From an uncultured Verrucomicrobiota bacterium (GTDB lineage Bacteria > Verrucomicrobiota > Verrucomicrobiia > CAIQCK01), in the NCBI GenBank assembly GCA_964524715.1, contig CAZGGF010000276.1:6135-70134 (forward strand): a stretch of DNA of 64,000 nucleotides, given 5' to 3'. The notes under the pieces are model-generated. The model was not told the origin of the DNA. It saw nothing but the letters and a program-made list of their open reading frames with translations, and made no database searches. Positions 25,883-34,494 of the stretch are shown piece by piece; the first letter of the stretch is position 1, and each line of letters starts with the position of its first letter. Made by a program: the position numbers and the translations under genes.

Positions 25883-26704
25883 TCAAAACCCCCTCAAATT
25901 CGTACTGCTGCGGCGCGTCAGCCCCTCCTTCGGGACGCGCTTGAGCACGAGATATTGGATGCCGTTCTTCTCGCAGAACTCGCGTTTCTCCGGTTTGTCG
26001 CCGTCTTCGTTGACGGCGTAAATGTCGGGCTTGATCCGCCGCATCTCCGGCTCGGCATCGAGCCAGCCCCAACCGGTCGTAATGAGCGCCTGGTGGACGT
26101 AGCGGATGCAGGCGCAGAGGTAACGGCGCTCGTCCTCTTTGAACAACGGATGGCCCGCGCCTTTGAGATTCTCCACGTTCGCGTCGTTGCCGGCGATGAC
26201 ATAGAGATCGCCGTGCTCCGAAACTTCCTCAAAAAAACGGACGTGGCCTGAGTGGAACCAATCGTAGCAACCCGTGACAACGACTTTCTTACGACCCGAT
26301 GCCGGCGGCACGATGGCAAGGTCGGCTTTCGGAAAACCAGCACAGCTCTTGGCGGAAACGACATGATAACCAAGACCATGCGCCTCACAAAATGCCCGTT
26401 TGGCAGGCGTGTCATGCGGTTCATCCACGGCCCAGATGTCGGGCCGAATGTCGTCGCACAACGGCAGCGTGTCGGGATTGAATGCGCCGTTGATAATCTT
26501 GACATCCCGCACGTAACGAATGGCTCCGAGCAGATAAAGCCGCTCGGCTTGCGGAAACTTCGGGGCCTTGCCAGTGACGGCGCGGACCATGTCGTCGGAC
26601 CAGAGCAGGACGTTGACATCGCCGAGCTTGGCGGCTTCTTCGAGGAAGCGGACCTGCGGCGAGCGCAAGTCATCGAAGCTGGCAGAGATGGCAACGCGTT
26701 TCAT
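25883..26704 (-). CDS. Tandem cytidylyltransferase-fold protein (degenerate N-terminal domain + canonical HxGH C-terminal domain)
   Basis: Start set at MKRVAISASFDDLRSPQVRFL (26704). The second domain is VVVTGCYDWFHSGHVRFFEEVSEHGDLYVIAGND. In the first domain the HxGH position reads RSPQ. Confidence 0.7.
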   Translation of the reverse strand: MKRVAISASFDDLRSPQVRFLEEAAKLGDVNVLLWSDDMVRAVTGKAPKFPQAERLYLLGAIRYVRDVKIINGAFNPDTLPLCDDIRPDIWAVDEPHDTPAKRAFCEAHGLGYHVVSAKSCAGFPKADLAIVPPASGRKKVVVTGCYDWFHSGHVRFFEEVSEHGDLYVIAGNDANVENLKGAGHPLFKEDERRYLCACIRYVHQALITTGWGWLDAEPEMRRIKPDIYAVNEDGDKPEKREFCEKNGIQYLVLKRVPKEGLTRRSSTNLRGF

Positions 26705-26711
26705 CGTCGTA

Positions 26712-27512
26712 TCATTTCGCGATGCGGACATGGACGCGGAACGCGCCGGGCACGGGATTCTCGGACAACACGTAGAGATAACCGCCGCCACAACCCGAAT
26801 ACATCGCGCCGGGATACCGCGACTGATAGCGCTTCATCAACGCAACGAGATCGACTTTCAATGTCGGATGCCGGACGACGTGCGGCAGCAACGCTTCCCA
26901 GCACGCCATGCACTCGTTCATGGATGCGCCAAGAGCCTCAATGTCCCGCGCGAGAATGGCGTCGTAGCAATCCCTGCCCGACCGGCCGAGCCGTTGAATC
27001 CATTTCGGGTCGAGGTTCTTCACACCGAGCGGACTGTAGCCTTCGGGCCGCGGCTCGACGGGCAACACGTTGATCACCTTCTCCAACCAGCGGGCGATCT
27101 TCGGGTCGTTGTTGGACTCGATGTGCACGGGGAAGATGCCCCCCGCATGCGTGAACTCGTAATCGAGCCGGTTCACGCCAGGATAGATCAAGCCGATCAT
27201 ATCCTGGCTGCCCGAAGGTTCGGCTTTGCCTTTGTTCTCCTCGGCGTAGAGTTCCTCGACGAGCTTCGCCGGCTTGCCGGCTGGCAAACGGCCGCCCCAC
27301 AGCTTCAACGCGATCTTGCGTGTGCCGGTGGCCATGCCGGCGCGCTCCATCCAACGGAATGCCGGCTCCAAGCCGATCACCACCATCGAACCCGGCGGGG
27401 TTGGATTGAGTTTCGAGACGAACGGCTGGTCAATCCAGCCGCCCGCCAACGCGATGCGATACGGAATCCCGCCAATGACGTCCGTCAACTTGCCGCCTGG
27501 CTTTTTCGGCAC
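26712..27512 (-). CDS. Short GHMP-kinase-like protein (fucokinase/HddA-type motif I and III, degenerate motif II)
   Basis: IPYRIALAGGWIDQPF (motif I-like), PSGSQDMIG in place of GSGLGSSS, and YSGCGGGYLYVL (motif III-like). 266 aa. Confidence 0.5.
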   Translation of the reverse strand: MPKKPGGKLTDVIGGIPYRIALAGGWIDQPFVSKLNPTPPGSMVVIGLEPAFRWMERAGMATGTRKIALKLWGGRLPAGKPAKLVEELYAEENKGKAEPSGSQDMIGLIYPGVNRLDYEFTHAGGIFPVHIESNNDPKIARWLEKVINVLPVEPRPEGYSPLGVKNLDPKWIQRLGRSGRDCYDAILARDIEALGASMNECMACWEALLPHVVRHPTLKVDLVALMKRYQSRYPGAMYSGCGGGYLYVLSENPVPGAFRVHVRIAK

Positions 27513-27531
27513 GGTCGCGTCCTTTCGCGGA

Positions 27532-28548
27532 TCAGATGACGTCGCGCACCGTTGCCTTGCCGGCCTTGCGGTCGCGATATTGCTGTTCGATCCACTTGTA
27601 GGTGATGCCCAGACCTTTGCGGAACGGCATATTCGGCTCCCAGTTGAGCATCTTCTTGATGAAGGTGTTGTCGCTGTTGCGTCCGGCTACGCCACGAGGC
27701 GCGTTGAGGTCATACTGCCGCTTCAGCTTCACGCCGCCAATCTCCTCGGCGAGGCTGACCAAATCGTTGATGGAGATCAGTTCGCTCGTGCCAAGGTTGA
27801 TCGGCGTGGCAATCAGCTTGTCGCTGTGCATGATCATGTCAATGCCCTTGAGGCAATCGGCGATGTACATGAAGCTGCGCGTCTGGTGACCGTCACCCCA
27901 GATGACGATTTCTTTTTTGCCGGTGTCCTTCGCCTCGATCACCTTGCGGCAAATGGCGGCCGGCGCTTTTTCACGACCGCCGTCCCAAGTGCCCCACGGC
28001 CCATAGACATTGTGGAAGCGGGCAATGGCGGTTTTCATGCCGCGTTCGGCCCAGTATTCCTGGCAGAACATTTCCGAAAGCAGTTTCTCCCAGCCGTAGC
28101 CGCGCTCTGCGTAAGCCGGATAGGCGTCGCTCTCCTTGAGCGCACGGCAATTCGGGTCTTCCTGCAGCTTGACGTTATAGGCGCAAGCCGAGCTGGAATA
28201 GAAGTAACGTTCGCAGCCGGCGCGGTTGGCCGCCTCGATGAGATGCGTGTTAATGAGAATGCTGCGCAGGCACTCGATGCGAAACCGCTCGATGAAACCC
28301 ATGCCGCCCATGTCGGCGGCGAGGTTATAGACCTCCACCGCGTCCTTGACGGCGGCTTTGCAGTTGGCCTCGTCGCTGAGGTCCATGCACCAACTCTCCA
28401 CGCCGGGCGTGCGCTGATACCACAGCGGCAGCGGCTTCTTATCCACCGCGCGAATGCGGGTGAAGCCCTTGTCGTGAAAATGACGCACCAACGAACCTCC
28501 AATGAAACCACCGGCGCCGCCTACGAGGATCAGATCATTCTTGTTCAT
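27532..28548 (-). CDS. gme: GDP-mannose 3,5-epimerase
   Basis: ILVGGAGGFIGGSL, NLAADMGGMGFI, YSSSACAYN, FHNVYGPWGTWDGGREKAPAAICRK, WGDGHQTRSF and GRNSDN are near-identical to recalled plant GME blocks. Confidence 0.88.
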   Translation of the reverse strand: MNKNDLILVGGAGGFIGGSLVRHFHDKGFTRIRAVDKKPLPLWYQRTPGVESWCMDLSDEANCKAAVKDAVEVYNLAADMGGMGFIERFRIECLRSILINTHLIEAANRAGCERYFYSSSACAYNVKLQEDPNCRALKESDAYPAYAERGYGWEKLLSEMFCQEYWAERGMKTAIARFHNVYGPWGTWDGGREKAPAAICRKVIEAKDTGKKEIVIWGDGHQTRSFMYIADCLKGIDMIMHSDKLIATPINLGTSELISINDLVSLAEEIGGVKLKRQYDLNAPRGVAGRNSDNTFIKKMLNWEPNMPFRKGLGITYKWIEQQYRDRKAGKATVRDVI

Positions 28549-28630
28549 GTGTGCTTCCTTTCTACTTCAAAACTCTCGTCGCTTTCAAACCTCAACTGGG
28601 TTTCAGAAATCGAACACACGATACGCTTGA

Positions 28631-29569
28631 TTGCCACGTCTGCAAATGGATAGGGTTGACTCTTCGATGGATATTATTGACCGCAAATCCAAACCGGTCT
28701 CCCAGCCGAAGTTCATCTCCACGCAGGTCTCCGACGTGCGTTATTACTACCTGGATCTGCGTCCCACCCCAACGCGCGGCATTACTGTCGTCTGCGGCGG
28801 CCGCGAACGGTGCAATCCCGAATACGTCATCAGCCGGCGGGAATTCCCATTCCTCTCGATCGAATACGTCTCGCAAGGCCGCGGCGAAGTGAAGGTCGCG
28901 CGCCAGACATTCCGCCTGCAGGCCGGCTCGGTATTCTCCTATGCGCCCGGCGTGCCCCACACGATCCGCAACGACCCGAAAGACCCGATGGTGAAATACT
29001 TCGTGGACTTCACAGGCAGGGAAGCGGCACGGATGCTTCGGGACAGTCCGCTGCGGCACGGTGTTGTCCAGCTTTCGGCGCCCGGCGAAATCCTCGACAT
29101 CTTCGAAGACCTCCAACGCCAGGGCAGCCGCAACGCGCCAGGAAGCGCAGCCATCTGCGCGGCCCTTGTGCGACTGCTCATCCTGAAGATCCTCGCGTTC
29201 GCCGTGCCGGAGCGGGAAGCCGACGCGCGGGCGCTGGCTACCTACCAGCGTTGCAAGCGGCAGATTGAACAGCACTTCCTCGGTTTGCGCTCGCTGGCGC
29301 AAGCCGCACGCGCATGCCACGTGGACCAGGCGTATCTCTGCCGGCTCTTCCGGCGCTTCGACCACCAGACGCCCTATCGTTATCTCGTGCGGCTGAAGAT
29401 GAACCGCGCTGCCGAGCTGCTGCTCGGCACTGGCAGGCTGATCAAACAGGTGGCGGAGGAACTCGGCTTCTCTGATCCCTATCACTTCTCCCGCGTCTTC
29501 AAATCGGTCCACCGCGTCGCGCCGGCGCGGTTCATTCAAGCGGGCCATCGGCGAATGGATCGACGCTGA
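28631..29569 (+). CDS. AraC-family transcriptional regulator (cupin + HTH)
   Basis: C-terminal AraC HTH: YLCRLFRRFDHQTPYRYLVRLKMNRAAELL...IKQVAEELGFSDPYHFSRVFKSVHRVAPARF. The start may be an internal Met. Confidence 0.85.
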   Translation: MPRLQMDRVDSSMDIIDRKSKPVSQPKFISTQVSDVRYYYLDLRPTPTRGITVVCGGRERCNPEYVISRREFPFLSIEYVSQGRGEVKVARQTFRLQAGSVFSYAPGVPHTIRNDPKDPMVKYFVDFTGREAARMLRDSPLRHGVVQLSAPGEILDIFEDLQRQGSRNAPGSAAICAALVRLLILKILAFAVPEREADARALATYQRCKRQIEQHFLGLRSLAQAARACHVDQAYLCRLFRRFDHQTPYRYLVRLKMNRAAELLLGTGRLIKQVAEELGFSDPYHFSRVFKSVHRVAPARFIQAGHRRMDRR

Positions 29570-29589
29570 CGGCGTGTCGCGGTTGTTTC

Positions 29590-32496
29590 TTACTGCGGAT
29601 TTGTCAGCACGACATCCTTCTGGCGCGACTTCGGCGTAACGACGAGGTCCACCAGCTTCCCGCCGCGAAAGCGACCCTCGACGGTCGTGCGACGCGGTGC
29701 GTGGAGTTTGAAGTGGAGGTTCCAATCCTTTGGCCATGCGGGCAGAACGTAAATCTTCCCGCCGTCGGCGTTCATGATCATGTGTTGGAGCGTGAGCAGG
29801 ATGTTGCCGCCATGGTCCTGGTCGGGCAGCCAGTCAAAGTTCGGCCCCCACATCGCCGGGAAACGGAAGTTGCGATGCGAGTTGCGAACCTTGTGGAGGA
29901 TCTGCTTTTTCGCCTCGTCGGTCATGCCGAGCAGGGCGGCGCACTGGCCATCGTAGCACCAGCCGGTCATGATCTTCGCACCGCGGCGGTTGAATGTCTC
30001 GATGCCCGTTTCCAATCCAGGCCGACCCACGGCGAACAGTCGGAAAGGCCACATCGCGTAAAGCTCCGGGTTCTCACAGTTGTTGCGTTTCGGATCGAAC
30101 TTCTCCGCGGGCAGCACAAAACTCCTGCCGTCTTCAGAGCGCACCGGCACGGACGGCGCGGCAGCCTTCATCTTCACCCACAGTTCGCGATCCGCGGCGG
30201 GCGCGGCGTCCTTCGGCAGCGCAAGCAACCTGTCGAGCACGGACTGCAAACCCGCAACGGTCGGCGTGTCGTTGACCACGTTGAACCAGTAGGTCTCGAC
30301 GGCTTGCGTCGGACTGATGATGAGCTTGCCGTTCGCGTCGCGCTGGAACCGCGTATCGAAGTAGCGCAACACTTCCCGCGCCATGGGCACGAGTTCATCA
30401 GCAAGGAACTTCGCGTCGAGCGTGCGCTCGTGGCAGTCGAGCATGAGTTGTACCAGTTCCCATCCCTGCTGCCACGCGTAGCACCAGTACTTGCCGGCCA
30501 CATCGCCCGGTTGCTTGCCCGTCCGGTCCCAGCCGTAGTCGCGGTTTGCATAGGTGCCGAAGCTCGTCATGGTCTCAGGAAAATACACACCCTCGGCTCC
30601 GTAATAGAGCTTCGCGCGCGCCTTACAGATCGGCAGCACGTCGCGGTACATACGGAATACCGCGGCGCACAGGTCGTAGTCGCCGTTCGCGACCGCGGAC
30701 CACGCCGGGAAACGCGTGTTCTGCCACCAGAAACAATCACCCCACCGCCGCCAGTCCGGGTTGAACTTCTGCTTTGGGTCGGTGAGTTCCGGGTCCACCG
30801 TAAAGATCGAGCCATTGAACTTGGTGGGGAAACTGCCCCGTCCGGCGCACGCTGCCATCCAGCGTTGGAGCACATAGGCGCGCGTCACCATCGAGGGCGT
30901 CGGCTGCTCCATGCCACCACCGCCCTCAGCTTTCAGCAACTTGCCGTTGAGATACAACCGTCTGCCATCCGCCGCCGCGTCAAACACCGCCACGACGTGG
31001 TTCCACGCGCCAAGCTGCAGCACATCGTTGACTGCCATCGCGTGCTGACCGGTTATGAACCGCAGGCTGCGGCCCGGATGTGTATCGAAAAGAAACCCGT
31101 CACCCTTGCCGGCGGTGAGCTTGTCAAAAATGCGCGCGCTCCCCGCCTTTGCATCGGGCCGAATCCAGGCTTCGATCGTGAAGCTGTTTGTGAACGCGAG
31201 GCACATCTCGTTTGGCACCTCGATGTGTCCGCCGCCAAACGCCGCCACCCTTGCGCCATCTGACTCCTCAAACTTCACCGCGCCGACCACTTTCGCGCCA
31301 TCCGGCGCAGTGTTGAATCTCCATCCGACCAGCCTGCCATCCGCAACGGCTGCCGCATCGCCCGGCTTTCCCGACGCTAGCGACGCGATCTCCGCATCAC
31401 TGAGCGGGCGGTGATAGACCGTCGCGCGACTCATCGCGCCGCGGAACTTGCTGCCGCCGTTGCTATCGGCTCCGATACGCAGCGGGTGCGGATTCGCCAG
31501 CAATGCCGCGACGGCAACGTTATCCCCCTCGACGAAAATCCAGCTGCGATTCCAGAACGCATTCCACCAAGTTCTTGTTGCGTTTTCGGCGGCAGTACTA
31601 TTGCCCGACGACACGGCAACGGCGGCCAGTCCCTTCTCCCAAGTCGTCAGGGTGTCAGCCACCGCCGAGTGCGTCGCGACTCGAATCGCGAACCGCTTCA
31701 TGGGCGCGGATGATTTCAGCGCGGTTGCGCCGTCTTTTACGAAACCCGGCGCTGATATCGAACCGCCGAAGGTGCGGCGCAAGATTGGGTCTTTCACCAA
31801 ATCGGCAAACTTCTCCAGACTCTGGTGCTTCAGCGTCAGCGGCACGCAGGAATGTTCATTGCGGTGATACCACGTCACAGCACCGCCCGTGTCTTTGACC
31901 ACGTCTGCCGATTCCCACACCTCGATCTCCGGTGGTCCAGCCTGCATGGTCCAGCTTGAGCCAAGCTCGCCGCCTGTGAGCACCTTCTTCTCCGTCCGCC
32001 AGCATTCCAGTTGTGTCCTCACGCTGAGCGGCTGCCTGCTCTCACCCACGACGTGGATCACCGGCGCGTTTGCATCCACGAAGATGCGTATCTTGGATGT
32101 GGGACGCTGAGTGTTGGATTGCGGCCCGGCGGTATCGCCCGTGGTGATTTCAATGCACCCTTCTCGCAGCTTGAGTTCCTGGCGGAACGGCACACCCTTC
32201 GAGAACGGGTTCGGCGTCAGCGACACGCGCACACCACCGAGCTTGAGCAACCGCGACGCCTCGCTCCAAGCGTCGGTGCGGCCGATATAGAAGCGAAGGT
32301 CGCCGTCCTTTTCGACCCAGACGTTAAGGCCGACCTCGCCATTGCCAATGGGCATTGAGCCCGCGGCGGTTTCGCTGGGCGTTTCCCAAACAACATTGTA
32401 ACGATCCAATTCAGCAGGCGCGCTGGCTGATATTGTCGTGGATGCGAGAGCGGCAACAACGCAGAGGATGGAGAATCGGTTCATGACGGGCAGCAT
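29590..32496 (-). CDS. DUF5703-N/six-hairpin glycosidase-like protein with inserted LamG (concanavalin-like) domain
   Basis: 968 aa with a signal peptide. YNVVWETPSETAAGSMPIGNGEVGLNVWVEKDGDLRFYIGRTDAWSE is typical of DUF5703/GH95-like N-termini. LamG core: FTIEAWIRPD...GFLFDT...WNHVVAVFDAAADGRRLYLNGKLL. Confidence 0.6.
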   Translation of the reverse strand: MLPVMNRFSILCVVAALASTTISASAPAELDRYNVVWETPSETAAGSMPIGNGEVGLNVWVEKDGDLRFYIGRTDAWSEASRLLKLGGVRVSLTPNPFSKGVPFRQELKLREGCIEITTGDTAGPQSNTQRPTSKIRIFVDANAPVIHVVGESRQPLSVRTQLECWRTEKKVLTGGELGSSWTMQAGPPEIEVWESADVVKDTGGAVTWYHRNEHSCVPLTLKHQSLEKFADLVKDPILRRTFGGSISAPGFVKDGATALKSSAPMKRFAIRVATHSAVADTLTTWEKGLAAVAVSSGNSTAAENATRTWWNAFWNRSWIFVEGDNVAVAALLANPHPLRIGADSNGGSKFRGAMSRATVYHRPLSDAEIASLASGKPGDAAAVADGRLVGWRFNTAPDGAKVVGAVKFEESDGARVAAFGGGHIEVPNEMCLAFTNSFTIEAWIRPDAKAGSARIFDKLTAGKGDGFLFDTHPGRSLRFITGQHAMAVNDVLQLGAWNHVVAVFDAAADGRRLYLNGKLLKAEGGGGMEQPTPSMVTRAYVLQRWMAACAGRGSFPTKFNGSIFTVDPELTDPKQKFNPDWRRWGDCFWWQNTRFPAWSAVANGDYDLCAAVFRMYRDVLPICKARAKLYYGAEGVYFPETMTSFGTYANRDYGWDRTGKQPGDVAGKYWCYAWQQGWELVQLMLDCHERTLDAKFLADELVPMAREVLRYFDTRFQRDANGKLIISPTQAVETYWFNVVNDTPTVAGLQSVLDRLLALPKDAAPAADRELWVKMKAAAPSVPVRSEDGRSFVLPAEKFDPKRNNCENPELYAMWPFRLFAVGRPGLETGIETFNRRGAKIMTGWCYDGQCAALLGMTDEAKKQILHKVRNSHRNFRFPAMWGPNFDWLPDQDHGGNILLTLQHMIMNADGGKIYVLPAWPKDWNLHFKLHAPRRTTVEGRFRGGKLVDLVVTPKSRQKDVVLTNPQ

Positions 32497-32636
32497 TCTA
32501 CACGCACCATCGCTGCGGGCAAAGCAACGATTCCAAGCACTTTAACGCCAGCTATCCCCCAGTGTGCTGACTGGCGTATTCGTCTTGGTGCAAGCGGCTA
32601 AAACCAGCCAAGACATATTCACAACTGCACCACAGC

Positions 32637-32831
32637 CTATGAACTGGCGGCCTTCGGTGAACCACCCGATACACCTTGCGTTACCATCTGGCTCTGGGCG
32701 GTGTCAAAAGTGCACGTGGTCCTGACACCCACGGCCTTGATGACCAGAATGGCCAGCACGCCGATCAACGCCACCACGAGGCCGTATTCCACCATAGATT
32801 GCCCGCGCCTGTCAGGCTTTGTCATGTTCAT
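32637..32831 (-). CDS. flp: Flp-family type IVb pilin
   Basis: 64 aa. RRGQSMVEYGLVVALIGVLAILVI matches the G/xxxxEY prepilin peptidase motif followed by a hydrophobic helix. Confidence 0.8.
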   Translation of the reverse strand: MNMTKPDRRGQSMVEYGLVVALIGVLAILVIKAVGVRTTCTFDTAQSQMVTQGVSGGSPKAASS

Positions 32832-33302
32832 GGCTGCTCTGCCTTGTCATCTATATCGCAGTCTGTTCGCAAATCCTGTGTGCGGGTTCGAGTCTTTGCA
32901 CGACTTCTCAGGCGAAACCGCTTTCTGTTGCTACACCACAGTCCTACAGCTGTAAAATTCGCGTAACGTTAGGGACACCAAAAGGTGTTGTCAAATCTCT
33001 CCCGTCCAAAACACTCGTTGTCTCGGTCCCACAGATGCGTCGCGACACGCAACCACAACGTATCTTGAAAGAGTATAACGCTGTCGCGCGTCGCAAAGCC
33101 AGCCAAATAGTGTTTCGCCGTTGTTTTGACACATTTCCAAAGCCCTTTCCCCAACGACGCCTGCCCGTACTCACACCGTTTGGTATGCAAGCTGCTTTAC
33201 GGCTTGTGCGATACATCCAGTCAACGTCAACTATCCGAGTCTACCCCGCCGTCCTTCATCTGCACGCCAGCCTTCCGAAACGTGCTATCCGATGAGGTTC
33301 GT

Positions 33303-33683
33303 CTAGCCGGTGTTGAAGTCCCCGCTCAATACCAACTGTTTCTTGCGCTCCCTGGCAAAGTACATCATGGCTTTGAGTTCCTGCCCGTTGTCCAGAATCA
33401 CGTCCACCCATTCCCGGAAATGCCAGCACGGACACTGCTCAAAGAAATCCAGTCGTCGCAGTGTCCGCTTATCCACCTCGTAGACTTCGCCAACAATCCA
33501 GGAGACCTTTTCACTCTTCACCACATAAGGAGAAGCTCCGATGTACAAAGCGAACTGATCCTTGGTCCTTCCTTTGCCTAGGAATTTTGCCTTTTCAATG
33601 TGTTGGTGATGGCTGTTGCCGGAACGCAGAACCCCGTGAACGAATACACACTGCTTTGTTGGCTCGAACATCTCGGTTTTCAT
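33303..33683 (-). CDS. Gamma-glutamylcyclotransferase (AIG2/GGCT-fold) protein
   Basis: Start set at MKTEMFEPTKQCVFVHGVLRSG (33683). VGEVYEVDKRTLRRLDFFE... matches the AIG2-like pattern. Confidence 0.6.
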   Translation of the reverse strand: MKTEMFEPTKQCVFVHGVLRSGNSHHQHIEKAKFLGKGRTKDQFALYIGASPYVVKSEKVSWIVGEVYEVDKRTLRRLDFFEQCPCWHFREWVDVILDNGQELKAMMYFARERKKQLVLSGDFNTG

Positions 33684-33824
33684 GTTGGTACAAACAGGAA
33701 AAGCGCGCCTAAACCGGGCACGACATATGCTGCTGGTTCGATGGTTTCGATGCCTGCTTCCGGCATGCCATCGTTGTCGGGTTTTGCGTGGTGTGCCCAT
33801 ACAACCGTCCCTTTGAAGCAGGTC

Positions 33825-33897
33825 GGGCCTCGGCGGCGCGTGAGCCGCCGAGGCCCTGGGCGGGCTGTTGTGGGGGGTGAGGTAGGCCAGCCCGCCT
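33825..33897. other. Two adjacent GC-rich hairpins (13-bp perfect stem; 9-bp stem)
   Basis: GGGCCTCGGCGGC (33825-33837) / GCCGCCGAGGCCC (33844-33856) with a 6-nt loop. GGCGGGCTG (33859-33867) / CAGCCCGCC (33889-33897). They lie between the receiver gene stop and the GGCT start. No U-tract follows. Confidence 0.5.
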
Positions 33898-34002
33898 AAA
33901 CTCGCCCAACGATTGACCAGAAGTCGCGTTTTCTCCCGTTGTCATTACAGCCATCCATCTTACTCAGTGGGTCATGCAAGAAACGAGAGGGAGTCCTGCT
34001 AC

Positions 34003-34494
34003 TCAGGACGTCTGCGCATGAACCGCAGTGGACACGCCACTGGTGTTCGTCGAAGCCCCAGGTTTGGGCTCCGTTTCATGAAGCAGACGCTCAACAATAT
34101 GATGCGCGGTTTCACACGTGAATGGTTTGGTGAGAAACGCACTGGCTCCCGCTGCCTCCATCTCAGCCTCCTTGTTGTTCAGAACATAGCCGCTCATCAA
34201 GACGATCTTCAGCTTCGGGTTCATCTCGTGCATCTTCCGCGCGACTTCTGCACCATTGACTGCATTCAGAAAATAGTCCACGACCACCAGATCAAAATTC
34301 TGCGTTGCGACCAGTTGTAACGCGGTCTTGTCATTCGACGCCACAGCGACCGTATAATCCGGCGGCGGAAAAATGGCCGCAAAGAACCGAAGGATACAGG
34401 GCTCATCGTCGACGACGAGAATCCGAGAAGAAGTCCCGGTCCTCCGATCATCTGCGTGATCCTCTTTACCTTCTGTTTTCCATTGATCAGGCAT
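34003..34494 (-). CDS. Stand-alone response-regulator receiver (CheY-like) protein
   Basis: RILVVDDEPCILRFF...FDLVVVDYFL...KIVLMSGY...AFLTKPF. No output domain. Confidence 0.8.
   Translation of the reverse strand: MPDQWKTEGKEDHADDRRTGTSSRILVVDDEPCILRFFAAIFPPPDYTVAVASNDKTALQLVATQNFDLVVVDYFLNAVNGAEVARKMHEMNPKLKIVLMSGYVLNNKEAEMEAAGASAFLTKPFTCETAHHIVERLLHETEPKPGASTNTSGVSTAVHAQTS

Noticed and set aside
32880-32901. A tRNA T-arm-like sequence, GTGCGGG-TTCGAGT-CTTTGCAC, which might be a tRNA or a tRNA-fragment att site at the edge of the AT-rich islet.
   Set aside because: The stem needs three G-U pairs. I could not fold an acceptor, D or anticodon arm around it, and found no duplicate copy at the other islet border. 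It is most likely chance similarity.
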